Assembly (NCBI RefSeq): GCF_006345805.1
Contig: NC_043000.1
Span: 91,388,001 to 91,452,000, forward strand
Length of the DNA: 64,000 bases
Origin: Octopus sinensis
Lineage: Eukaryota
Reading direction: 5' to 3'
Shown: positions 1 through 11,680 of the stretch, one piece after another
Layout of the letters: every line of letters begins with the position of its first letter
Numbering within the stretch: the first letter of the stretch is position 1
Program-made: the position numbers and the translations under genes
Notes under the pieces: model-generated
The model's database searches: none
The model's input: the letters and a program-made list of their open reading frames with translations, nothing else
What the model was told of the DNA's origin: nothing

Positions 1-504
1 GTTAGTTTATGGACGCGTTTCTGGATTGGGATTATAAATCAATTCATTTCCTCCTTCGGCGCAACATTCCGTTTAATAGATTTTGCAAATGCTATACATA
101 CCTCCAGTTTCCCGAACTAGCGTCATCGGAGATAGTAGGAGATAGCCAGCATAGGCTAAATCCATAGAGACGAATGAATTCGTACTTTCCCTCCAAAATT
201 TTACCATGTGCGTCACAAAAATAGTTCCTTAGAAATAGAACTATGGATTGTCATAAGGGAGTGAAAAATTCCATTATTAATAATATAAGGGTAAATAATT
301 ATAATTTTTAAAAAAACAACAACAATTATTTCCGGCTAGATTTCAGTATGGAAATATAACCATTATCGGTAGGAACTTTTAAAAAAAAGTTATATATATA
401 TATATAAAAGGGCAAGTAACAGGTTGCTTAGCCACATACCGAAAAATTAGAAATAGCAGTCAAAGACCGCTTATTTCTATTTTCTACAAGTATAACTCCG
501 ACAA

Positions 505-575
<71 letters not shown>

Positions 576-949
576 TGAATATAATATAGTAATATAACAA
601 TAATTCTTGGGTGGAGTTTATAAATATTTTAATGTATCGCAATGCACACTTCCACAAACCACGCATCTTTTAAGATCACAGTCTGTATTCTACCAGAGCT
701 GTTGTTTATCCTTTTTTTAAAAGAAAAGGATAAACAACCCTCAGTTAAACATCCATTAATGCTACATCACCTAAAGAAATGAATTCATGAAGATCATCTA
801 CCCTATGACTGCAGATACTACAAACTACACTGTAATCACCTCAGGAATACGGGCTGTGGTGTTAAGAGAATATCTTTTGTGGAAACGCGCGTAGCCATGC
901 ATTAAAGTGTTTATAAATTCCATCCAAGGTTTATTGTTATTATTTCTAC

Positions 950-1355
950 GCATACAGGAGTGGCTGTGTGGCAAGTAGCTTGTTTACCAACCACATGGTT
1001 CCGGGTTCAGTCCCACTGCGTGGCACCTTGGGCAAGTGTATTCTACTATAGCCTCGGGCCGACCAAAGCCTTGTGAGTAGATTTGGTAGACGGAAACTGA
1101 AAGAAGCCCGTCGTATATATGTATATATGTATATGTATGTGTGTGTTTGTGTGTCTGTGTTTGTCCCCCTAGCATTGCTTGACAACCGATGCTGGTGTGT
1201 TTATGTCCCCGTCACTTAGCGGTTCAGCAAAAGAGAACGATAGAATAAGTACTGGGCTTACAAAGAATAAGTCCCGGGGTCGAGTTGCTCGATTAAAGGC
1301 GGTGCTGCAGCATGGCCGCAGTCAAATGACTGAAACAAGTAAAAGAAAAAAAAAG
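950..1355 (+). mobile_element. tRNA-derived CORE-type SINE, near full length (family A)
   Basis: A-box-like TGGCTGTGTGG and B-box-like GGTTCAGTCC head, CORE-like GCACCTTGGGCAAGTG, internal (AT/GT)n tract, tail ending GACTGAAACAAGTAAAAG plus A-run; many homologous copies in the window. Confidence 0.85.
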
Positions 1356-1402
1356 AAAAAATACACACCCACACACATGCACATACACACACACACACAC
1401 AT

Positions 1403-1451
<49 letters not shown>

Positions 1452-2367
1452 TATATACACATATATAAAGATATCTATATATATTTAATCATTGCTAGTT
1501 AATAGTGAAAGTAGTAACGATAGTGATAACGGTGTTTGGAATATCAGTGGGAGAGAGCTGTGCTAGTAATGATAATAATGTCAGTGGTGGTGGTGGTGGT
1601 AGCGGTGGTGAGTGATGGAAGTAAAACATTATCACTGTCGGTAGTACATTGACGCCACTGAGGATAATGACGGTGGCTGGAGGGTGTAAAAGAGAAAATG
1701 ATGGGGGGTTGGGAAGGAGGATGAACAAATCTGTGGAATAGACGGAAAGACATCTAACTAAAATATATTAGACATAACACCATTTCAATTCCGACTAATT
1801 TCCGAAAGAACTGACCCCCACGCCTTGGCTCCTCTACCACCACCACCACCACCACCATCATCTTCTTTAATATCAGCTTCAGCGCCGTAACCTTAACACC
1901 GGACAGTCATCCAAGACTTTGGTTTTCTAATATGTGCTACATACATACACAACAACTGACTTTTCTATATAGCATAACATAATTTATCTTCATTTAGTGG
2001 AATTAAGAGGATTCTTCATTCCCTTTTGTCTTTCGAAAATGTCAGAATATTTAATACTGGAACATTAATGGTAATTTCTGTTTTGAAAAATGATGAGCGG
2101 ATGACTTTTTTTGTGTTTCTTGATGTGTGTGTTTTTTCTAAAGTTTGCTCTGTTGCTTTTTAGATGAGTTTTGTTGTTTTCTTTTCTCCTTTTTGTTTTT
2201 AAACCAGGAGGTCATGAGGGTAGTGTCTATTTTAGTTTGAAAATCTATGTATGTCTACCTGTTCATATCTCTCTATCTCACTCAGTCTGCAATTATATAT
2301 ATATATATTATGTGGGTTTGTGTATCTGTGTGTGTGTATATATATGTATGTGTATATATATATGCCC

Positions 2368-2421
<54 letters not shown>

Positions 2422-2607
2422 TAACGCACACGCACACAAATATATGTTTATATATGTGTGTATGTGTGATAAACATGCATAATCATTATCACTTAATGTC
2501 ATTTATCCAATGCTGATGTGGGTTGGTTGTGTTTCTCAACTCCCAGCCTATGCTAGCATTTACAACACAATCTACTGAAGGTTGATTTTCAGAGATACAT
2601 ACATACA

Positions 2608-2800
2608 TCTATATATATAAAACTCAACTTGTGTGTCTGTGTGTGTATCTGTATGTGTGTCTGTGTGTTTAACTTCCCGGCACATCTCCTCCTAGCCAAC
2701 AAATCGTAGAACCACCAAAAATGGGTCACTTAAAGTTTAGGCGAATGAAAATTGAACTGCGCTATTTCTGTTCCGAAATTCATCTCGCAAGTGCAAAAAT
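2608..2800 (+). mobile_element. Possible non-autonomous Helitron 5' end
   Basis: Starts A|TCTATATATATAAAACTCAACTTGTGTGTCTG, resembling Helitron 5' TC termini followed by a microsatellite; no matching 3' CTAG end identified. Confidence 0.3.
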
Positions 2801-3118
2801 CGATAATGTGTTTGTTTAGGCCTTATCCCATGCATTGAATAGTGAAGTTTACTCAGTCTGCTATTTGACGTGAACTGTGTTCACCACGCGTGCCAGCATG
2901 CGTAAATTGTATGAAAAATAAAAAATCAAGATATAAAAACGAATCGCCGTAAACATTGTAGAAATTCTTATTTATTCTCCTACACACATAGTTCAGAATT
3001 TTTGTCGTTACTTTTAGGCCTTCCTCCTGTGTTATTCAATGCATTGGAAGTGCATATACACGTACTAACAGACCTATATGTGTGTGCGTGAGTGTTTATA
3101 TATATATATATATCTATA

Positions 3119-3154
<36 letters not shown>

Positions 3155-3213
3155 CACACACAAATATGTGTATGTGTATAGATATACATTCATAAATCTA
3201 TCTATCTATTTAC

Positions 3214-3329
<116 letters not shown>

Positions 3330-3357
3330 TGAATATATATATATATATATATATTAT

Positions 3358-3399
<42 letters not shown>

Positions 3400-3514
3400 A
3401 ACTCGAAATAGTTATTGAATACTAATTTTTCTTTCTCTCGTGTACATTTGCAAAGTATATACATAAATATACATACTTCACTCGCATAGCTGCGCGTGTC
3501 TATATATATATATG

Positions 3515-3720
3515 TGATCTCTTAAGCACCACCAGCTCAAATATTTTTTCCTCTGTCTTCCTTCCTTGGGATCTTTCCTTCTCCTTGTTTCCGACGAAGA
3601 GCTCCGCTCGAACCGTTAAACCCTCCTTCCCTTCTTTCCTGAGCGTCAATAATACTTTATTTGTTCCACGTCCTGCGTTGCTGTGTTTTTTTTCTCTTTT
3701 TTTCTTTTTTTCTGTGTTTT
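3515..3720 (+). mobile_element. PLE-like terminal-repeat remnant with degenerate HHR
   Basis: CCGACGA-A-GAGC-TCC-GCTC-GAACC-GTT at 3591-3617; homologous to 5770-5915 and 44700-44885. Confidence 0.55.
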
Positions 3721-3737
3721 CTTGTTTGGATTAACTT

Positions 3738-3772
<35 letters not shown>

Positions 3773-3806
3773 ATATGTATACACAGGAACATATGACATA
3801 TATATA

Positions 3807-5074
3807 CTTTCTAAAAGAAGATATCCCAACGCATTTTCTATTGGAATTTTGTATGGATTATTTATTTACTTCTATTGTTCTTACAATAAAATTGAAAATG
3901 AAGGAAAATGAAATATATTTTTATCACTTAATGCTTTTTCATTTCCGTAAAGGTAAAAACGTTGTACAAACAGCAAAGAGGATATGTGCTGTTTATGGAG
4001 ATATTGTCATAGCTGAAAGTACTTTTCGCAAATGGTTTGCTAGGTTTAGAACCCAAAATTTTGACCTGGAAGATCGTGAAAGTTCCGGTGGGCCTACGAT
4101 AGTTGATAATGAACAAACCGAGACTTCAATAAAAAAATAATTCACGTCACACAATGCAAAACATCGCAGAGATTCTCTCTATATCTTATGAGAGCGTTAT
4201 AAAGCACTTTCTATTGGAATTTTGTATGGATTATTTATTTACTTCTATTGTTCTTACAATAAAATTGAAAATGGAGGAAAATGAAATATATTTGGTTACG
4301 TGGATCACAATGATGTTTGTGCATCTCTTAAGTTAACGGAAGAAAACTTAATAGGGCGCATTTTCATCTGCGGTTCTTAGCTCAGACGAAACAAAAAATT
4401 ATCCGTTTTTGAAAGGAATGATCACCTCTGATGAGAAATGGAATATTTACGACAATATAAAACGAAAAAGATCCTGGGGAAAACAAGATGAACCACATTT
4501 AATCTTCCCAAAAGCTGGTCTGTATCCGAAGATGGTGGTGCTGTGTATCTGGTGGAATTAGAAGGGCATTATGTATTACGAGCTACTTCCACGAAATCAG
4601 ACGTTAAATTCAAACTGTTATTGTTCCCAGTGAGACCGATTAAAGCAGGCAATTGATGTAAAACGTCCTGAATTGGCCACCCGAAAGGGTGACGTCTTAT
4701 ATCAGGACAACGCTAGATCGCACGTTTCTTTACAGACACGACAGAAATTGGTGCAGCTTGGGTGGGATGTCCTATCCCGTTCACTGTACTAACACCTTCA
4801 TTTATTGCGATTCCTGCAAAATTCTCTTAATAGGAAGGACTTCGATTCTTTAAAGAGTGTAAAACGCACTTAGACCAGTTCATGACACAGAAAGATGCCA
4901 AGTTCTGGGAGGATGGAGTCATGAAGCTGCCTTAAAGATGACGAAAGGTAGTGGAACAAAATGGGAAATATATGGTTGAGTAAATACCTAAATATTGCTA
5001 ATGAGCAAATATCTAATTATTGCTAATGAATTTTACTTACAGAACGTTACAAATTTTTTTTTACCAACCCAATA
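3807..5074 (+). mobile_element. mariner DNA transposon, decayed; right TIR present, left TIR missing
   Basis: Transposase remnants throughout; ends ...TTACCAACCCAATA followed by TA repeats, like a mariner TIR. Confidence 0.9.
3898..4983 (+). pseudogene. mariner transposase pseudogene
   Basis: MKENEIYFYHLMLFHFRKGKN...ICAVYG...FRKWFARFR...FDLEDRESSGGP (HTH region), later ITSDEKW, LCIWW, YYELL and QDNARSH catalytic-domain motifs; several stops and frameshifts; YSPDLAP region deleted. Confidence 0.9.
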
Positions 5075-5460
5075 TATATATAATTCTTGTTCGTATATGT
5101 ATACCTATATATTCCCATGCATATATATATATATATGTGCACTCGCACACATATACGCATACACTCATACATTCACATACAGGCACACACATATTCTCGC
5201 ACATATGCACATATTTATAGAATAGACTATTTTTAGTTGTTCCAGTACTTTGCTTATATTTTATGCTTCACTGGCTTCTTAAATAACATATCAAACTAGA
5301 TATTGAATAACATATCATTCCACATATTTTACAAGACGACATGTCTCCTTGTATTATATATTTGCATGTATCTCATTTGTTGTGATTCCAGATATGACTC
5401 GTCTGTCTACTTCAGGACAAACATATGAAATCACATATGGTGCTGCTGTTTGATAGAATG

Positions 5461-5716
5461 GGGAGGTGCGTGGCTTAGTGGTTAAGGTGTTGGACTGATG
5501 ATCGCATGATTGTGGTTTCGATTCCTGGACCGAGAAACGTATTGTGTTCTTGAGCGAAACACTTCATTTCACATTGCTCCATTCCACTCAGCTGATAAAA
5601 GTGAATAATTCTGCGATAGACTGGTGCCCCATCCAGGTGGAGAATTTATGCACCATGGAAACTGGGAAACTGGCCCTTATTTGTTGGCATGACATGAAAT
5701 GGTAACTTTACCTTTA
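5461..5716 (+). mobile_element. tRNA-derived SINE with V-domain-like middle (family D-related)
   Basis: GGCTTAGTGGTTAAGG A-box, GGTTTCGATTCC B-box, GACTGGTGCCCCATCCAGG block shared with 11394-11680. Confidence 0.7.
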
Positions 5717-5769
5717 CTTTTTGATACAATGATAGAAATATATTTGGAATTCATAATCTTTGGTCATAT

Positions 5770-5915
5770 TCTACTGAGATCAATTTTGCTCTTATTCCTT
5801 AGGAAAGGAAAGAAAAGAAAGAGGATTTCACGTTTCGAGTGAAGCTCTTCATCTGAAATATAGAAAAAGTCCAAAGAAGGGAAGCTGGAGAAAGAAAATC
5901 GCCGTGCACTCACAC
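5770..5915 (-). mobile_element. PLE-like terminal-repeat remnant with degenerate HHR
   Basis: Minus strand reads CAGATGA-A-GAGC-TTC-ACTC-GAAAC-GTG; homologous to 3515-3720 and 44700-44885. Confidence 0.5.
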
Positions 5916-6076
5916 ACACACACGCGCGCACACATGCATACACATGTATTCTGATTGAGAAAAAGAAAGGAAATAGAAGAAAGCAATAGAGAAAGGTTGA
6001 ATCTGAAGGCCACTCTCTCAAATCCCCCATGAGTATGATGTACTGTACTTATATATATATACATATAGAAAAATAG

Positions 6077-6212
6077 AAAAAAAGTCTATCTTTATTTCTT
6101 CTTTTGCTGGTGTCTCAAATTTAGGTTAAATCAGTGTTTCTCAAAGAGGAGGCCTATAGGACGGCCGGACAAGTTGTTTTGAGAAAATTTGGTTTAAATG
6201 CTTGACTCGTGT

Positions 6213-6294
<82 letters not shown>

Positions 6295-6463
6295 CGAGTA
6301 AAACGCCCTCCGTCCAATGGACGGTGCTTTGTTGTCAAGCATTTAAACCAAATTTTCTCAAAACAACTTATTCGGCTGTCCCATAGGCCTCCCCTTTGAG
6401 AAACACTGATTTAACCTAAATTTGAGACACCAGCAAAAGAAGAAATAAAGATAGACTTTTTTT
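6077..6463. repeat. Fold-back inverted repeat with 130-bp arms
   Basis: 6077-6206 is the near-perfect reverse complement of 6334-6463; spacer holds (TA)n and a small CCGTCC-AAT-GGACGG hairpin. Confidence 0.95.
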
Positions 6464-6659
6464 TTATTCCAAAGAAAAACGATTTTATTCACGCAAATAT
6501 GCAACCGAAGAGTTTAAAGTACCATTAATGATGAGGCTGTTGACTGGGACAACAAAAACATGGTTTAGACAATAAGCTTGGCAGGAAAGATACGTGTCTT
6601 TAAGCAGTACAAAAACAACAAAAAATGGAAGGTGCAGTTATGTACAGGTTGACGGAAGA

Positions 6660-6858
6660 AAAGCAGGACAAAAACGGCTTTATCGATCGCATTCTCACCT
6701 GGAATCGATTTTTGTAATTTTTTCAAGACTTATACACACCCTGATACCGTTAGTATCTACATATCAAATTTGAGCGGAATAAGATGGGGGATGCCCGAGA
6801 TCTGAGGAGACACACACACACAGACAGATAGACAGAACGGATTTTATATAAGAGATAT
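6660..6858 (+). mobile_element. Possible Helentron/DINE-like non-autonomous element fragment
   Basis: ...CAAATTTGAGCGGAATAAGATGGGGGATGCCCGAGATC followed by (CA)n/GACA tract and TTTTATATAAGAGAT end, an architecture recalled from DINE/HINE elements. Confidence 0.35.
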
Positions 6859-7292
6859 AAGACCTCAAACCTAGAAAGAACAGAGCAATTCTTTCTCTGG
6901 TTTGCTACTTAGTAGCATCACTAGCTCTGTGATAAAGACCAGACACTCAACTTGACCCCAAAACTCTCTAATATGTCTGACTTTTTAAGTACGAGAATCC
7001 AGAGATATTTTGGGAAATACTAATGGCTCTACAAGCTGAAATAAATATATAGTTGTTATTTTGTTTTATGAAAAAAGTCAAAAAATAAAACAGGAGGTGA
7101 AAAGAAAACAATCAAAAATGCAATAAACTGGAAAACGATCAATTAAAAATTTGAAAAATAAATATAAAGAAGAAAAATATATTGCACACAAACTCACTCA
7201 CTACAAACACACACACAAATGTATATATATATATACACACACACACATATATACACACAGACATATATATGCATATACACATATGTATGTAT

Positions 7293-7353
<61 letters not shown>

Positions 7354-7484
7354 ATATTTACATATATATACATAAATATATATGTGTGTGTGCATGCGTG
7401 TATGTATATATATATAAATACATATATACATACATACATACATATATATATATATAATATATATATATATACATACATACATAT

Positions 7485-7516
<32 letters not shown>

Positions 7517-7616
7517 CATATATACATATATACATCCATACATCAAGATGAATATATACATGACTGAAATATCAAATCAAAAATATTAATTTATTAAAAT
7601 AAACATTTCATTTTAA

Positions 7617-7695
<79 letters not shown>
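7617..7695. repeat. (ATT)n microsatellite
   Basis: Direct inspection; one of many microsatellites in the window. Confidence 0.95.
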
Positions 7696-7851
7696 TATTT
7701 TTTTGCTTACTTTCCTCTGAAATTAAAACATAAAACAGGCTTTGTATCTTGTATATTTGTATGATATATCTGTTTACATCTGTATATATGTAAGTACAGA
7801 TGTGTGTGCACATGCATAATGTATATATATAATATGATGTAATATAATAAA

Positions 7852-7894
<43 letters not shown>

Positions 7895-8395
7895 ATGTGT
7901 GTGCATGTATATATGTGTGTGTAGACATGCAAGGCAGTGTTGTCTGTGAATATGTGTGCATGTATGTTTGTGTAAATGGATTTATATTTAGACAGATATA
8001 ATGGAAAGAGTACTCATTAATTACGTTAAGTAGAGATTTATGCATTTATGGCTACAGCAAGTCGCGAAACAATTGTATAGAGCAATAGTGAAGCATAGCA
8101 GTATCTTTATCTATAACTATACTCATACATACATAGGAATACACACACACACGCACAAACACTGAAGGACATGTGCATACATATATACACATATATCTAC
8201 ATGCATAAGTATTCATATATACATAGATATACATATGTATGTGTGTGCATGCATATGTGTGATTGTGTGTGTGTGTGTGTGCATGTGAATATATGTCTGT
8301 GTATATTCATATTCATAAATACATACAAATGTGTACGGAAATATATTAATGCCTCATATATTAGTATATTTTATGAAATATATATGTATATATAT

Positions 8396-8637
8396 TCTTT
8401 TACTTGTTTCAGCCATTTGACTGTGGCCATGCTGGAGCATCGTCTTTATTTGACAAAATTGACCCCAGGACTTATTCTTTGTAAGCTTAGTACGTATTCT
8501 GTCAGCCTCTTTTGCCAAAATGCTAAGTTTCAGGGATATTCATACATATATACAATGCGCTTCTTTCAGTTTTTGTCTTCCAAATCAAACTCACAAGACT
8601 TTGGTCGACCTGAGGCTATAGCAGAAAATACCTGATC
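8396..8637 (-). mobile_element. Family A CORE-type SINE, partial
   Basis: Reverse complement of the family A tail and middle. Confidence 0.7.
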
Positions 8638-9669
8638 TTTGTTCACGAAGCCAAGCCATGATGATGATAAATATATTGTATATAATACATATACATACAT
8701 ACACACACATGTATACACACACATGTATACACACACACACATAAATATATATGTATATTTACATATATATAAAATATTTACACATGTACACACAGATACA
8801 TTAATACATGTTTATGAACTGGAGCCTAGGTTCGACTATTTGGCTAAGAAACTCCATTTGAAAGCATGAAATCTTAATCTAATGCATATTGGGACCATTG
8901 TTGTCTCCATAACTGAGCTGAACCCAATCCTTGTGATTGGATTTCATTATGAAAAACTATATTGAAGCTTTACTGATAAGGAATATATCGTCAAGTTTAG
9001 GATGCCGCCTTGCTGTATAATACCCCAACTGACTTCACCTGAGGAGTTTGCTTATGTTGTATGAGCACTGCTCTGTCACATCATAATCATCAACATCATC
9101 ATCAGCATCATCATCTATACCACCGCCACCACCACCACCATCACTGCCACCACCACCACCATCACCACTACCATCGTTATTGCGGCCATCATCATCATCT
9201 AGCATCTACATTCCATATAGTCATGGGTTGAATGGTTTAATAGCAGGATCCAGTGTGTCCAAGGTTTGTATCAAATCCATTGTCCATTTTGGAATGTTTT
9301 CTATGGCTTGATGCCCTTCCAAATGCCAACCACTCTACAGTGTGTACTGCATCCTTCTATTTTTTTTCTGTGCACTACTGAGGCCTTCATGCAACTTGCA
9401 GGACTATGAACCCTGGGAGAGATTAAGGTCAGCTTCATGCTAGGAAATGAGGGATTAAACCATGTGAGAACTGGGTGCCTGCTCAAAACATGCTCTGCAA
9501 GAGGATCTTGCATGAATACTCACATATTGTAGAAGGAGTAGAAGAGAAGAGAAATGATCAGTAGGTGCTGCAAAGTGACCGATAATGATGATGGGGCACC
9601 CAACTGATCTCTCAAGGCAAAGGACACTTATTCTATAACTTCAGGAAATCTATTCTTTCATTTGTTTAT

Positions 9670-10047
9670 TCATTTACATGTTTTAGTCATTAGACTGAGG
9701 TCATATAGGGACACCATCTTCAAGAATTTTAGATTTCAGTCAACAGAGAATCAACCCCAGGAATTACCTTTTTAAAGCCTGGTGCTTATCCTACCGTTTT
9801 CTTTTGCTGATGTAAACACAACAACACCGGTTATCAAACAATGGTGGGTAACAAACACAGACACAAAGATACACATACACACACATATTTGATGGGCTTC
9901 TTTCAGTTTCCAACTACCAAATCCAGTCACAAAGCTTTGGTCAGCACAAGGCTATAGAAGACATTCAAACAAGGTACCAGACCATTGGATTGAATCCGGA
10001 ACCATGTGGTAAGGAAGCAAACTTCTTTCCACACAATCTTGCCTGCA
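9670..10047 (-). mobile_element. Family A CORE-type SINE, diverged
   Basis: Reverse complement of head (GAACCATGTGG), middle (CTTCTTTCAGTTTCC) and tail. Confidence 0.7.
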
Positions 10048-10120
10048 CCTATAATAGCATTTGTTGATAAAATTATTTGTATACATGGAAATTGATCAAT
10101 GGAAATTGCAGATGTGTTAC

Positions 10121-10470
10121 CAGTGCCGGTGGCATGTAAGAGAACCTTCCGTTTCGCGACCGTTGCCAGCACCGCCCCGTTTCGTGTCCGTTGCCAGCCT
10201 CGCCTGGCCCTCGTGCCGGTGGCATATAAAAAGCACCATCCGTTCGTGGCCGTTTGCCAGCTCTGTCTGGCACCTGTGCGGGTGGCACGTAAAAAGCACC
10301 CACTACACTCACGGAGTGGTTGGCGTTAGGAAGGGCATCCAGCCGTAGAAAAACTGCCAGATTTGACTGGGCCTGATGAAGCCTTCTGGCTTCACAGACC
10401 CCAGTAGAACCGTCCAACCCATGCTAGCATGGAAAATGGACGCTAAACGATGATGATGATGATGATGATG
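10121..10470 (+). mobile_element. GC-rich SINE-like element with (GAT)n tail (family B)
   Basis: GGCACGTAAAAAGCACC subrepeats, GGCGTTAGGAAGGGCATCCAGCC block, tail CCAACCCATGCTAGCATGG...(GAT)n; near-identical to 18307-18652. Confidence 0.85.
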
Positions 10471-10545
10471 TAGTGTGGGAGGTGTTTATAAACCATTTAA
10501 GAAACACACAAAATCCGTTAGATTCACTTCAACATTTAAATTTAA

Positions 10546-10596
10546 TTTGTCAAAATATTTTCGTCACTTTGAGACCACGACCTGTTCACTGACAAA
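10546..10596 (-). ncRNA. Type I hammerhead-like ribozyme, G3:C8 core variant (left arm)
   Basis: UUUGUCA-GUGAACA-G-GUCGU-ggucucaaa-GUGAC-GAAA-AUAU-UU-UGACAAA: 7-bp stem I, 5-bp stem II, palindromic AAUAUU stem III. Confidence 0.6.
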
Positions 10597-10611
10597 ATTC
10601 CGTGCTGCAAT

Positions 10612-10662
10612 TTTGTCAGTGAACAGGTTGCGGTCTCAAAGCAATGAAAATATTTTGACAAA
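10612..10662 (+). ncRNA. Type I hammerhead-like ribozyme, G3:C8 core variant (right arm)
   Basis: UUUGUCA-GUGAACA-G-GUUGC-ggucucaaa-GCAAU-GAAA-AUAU-UU-UGACAAA. Confidence 0.6.
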
Positions 10663-11124
10663 TTAAATTTAAATGTTGAAGTGAATCTAACGGATTTTGT
10701 GTGTTTCTTAAATGGCTTATAAACAACTTCTACACTGCAATTGTTTTCGTTCCAGCATGCGATCTCAGATCAGGTCACTTGCTATGCAAGTACATCTCCG
10801 TAATTATTAGTATACTTATTATTAAAGCATCTATGAGTTTATTTAATCTGTCACACTTTTTATTTAGTGATATTACTGAATATTTTATTCATTATCTTTG
10901 TTTTATAAATAAATGATACTGTCTTTTTTAGGTTCTCTGCAAATTCTAAGCAGTTAAGACTCAGAATTAATATGAAAAATTGATATAATCATAAAAGTGT
11001 TGACTGGAATGTATTGCAATATAGATTGTCTCAGCTTTTAGTTCAAATCCTGCGATGGTTAACTTTGTCATTCCTCCTTTTTTTCTTTTATTTATTATTA
11101 TTATTGGCCGGCAATATTTTAAAG

Positions 11125-11335
11125 CAATGAGCTGGAAGAGTCGTTAGCATGCTGGGCAAAATGCTTAGTGGCATTTCATCTGTCCTTACGTTCTGAGTCC
11201 AAATTCCGCTGAGGCTGACTTTGTCTTTCATCCTTTTGGGGTTAATGAAATAAGTACCAGCAGAATACTTGGATTGATGTAATCAACAAACCCACTCTGT
11301 AAACTTTCAGGCTTTGTGCCTATAGTAGAAAGGAT
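11125..11335 (+). mobile_element. SINE with Deu/Nin-domain-like middle (family C)
   Basis: GTTCTGAGTCCAAATTCCGCTGAGGCTGACTTTGTCTTTCATCCTTTTGGGG...ATAAGTACCAG block repeated many times in the window; domain name is from recall. Confidence 0.7.
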
Positions 11336-11393
11336 AATTATTATTATTTTGTACTCAAGCACGTCACTCCCTATCAACCACAGACCAATATGT

Positions 11394-11680
11394 GGAGGCA
11401 CATGGCCTAGTGGTTAGAGCAGCAGACTCGTGGTCGAGGGATCGTGGGTTCGAATCTCAGACCAGGTGATGTATGTGTTTATGAGCAAAACACCTAAGCT
11501 CTACTCGACTCCGGCAGAAGGTAATGGCGAACTTCTGCTAACTCTTTCACCACAATTTTCCTCTTGCATTTTGCAGCTGTAATGGACTGGCATCCCATCC
11601 AGGTGGGGAACCTATATGCCAAGGAAACCAGGAAACCAGCCCTTATGAGCCAGGCATGGCTTGAGAAGGAACAAACAACA
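11394..11680 (+). mobile_element. tRNA-derived SINE with V-domain-like middle (family D)
   Basis: TGGCCTAGTGGTTAG A-box, GGGTTCGAATC B-box, ATGGACTGGCATCCCATCCAGG block; head repeated at 30139-30345. Confidence 0.8.

Larger units (their letters stand above)
10470..10739. repeat. Fold-back inverted repeat, about 130-bp arms with a 9-nt loop
   Basis: 10470-10599 vs 10609-10739 are reverse complements with a few substitutions. Confidence 0.95.

Noticed and set aside
4425-4445. CTGATGAG in the mariner
   Set aside because: It encodes TSDEKW of the transposase; no ribozyme stems.
5375-5455. Possible terminal exon after TTCCAG (DMTRLSTSGQTYEITYGAAV*)
   Set aside because: Only a plausible acceptor and a short frame; no independent support.
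10365-10400. CTGATGA in family B elements (also about 18562)
   Set aside because: No downstream GAAA or stem I/III; other copies read CTGGTGCA, so the match is chance.
11394-11475. tRNA gene call for SINE heads (also 950, 5461, 24240, 30139)
   Set aside because: No complete cloverleaf or acceptor stem, and each runs into a SINE body.
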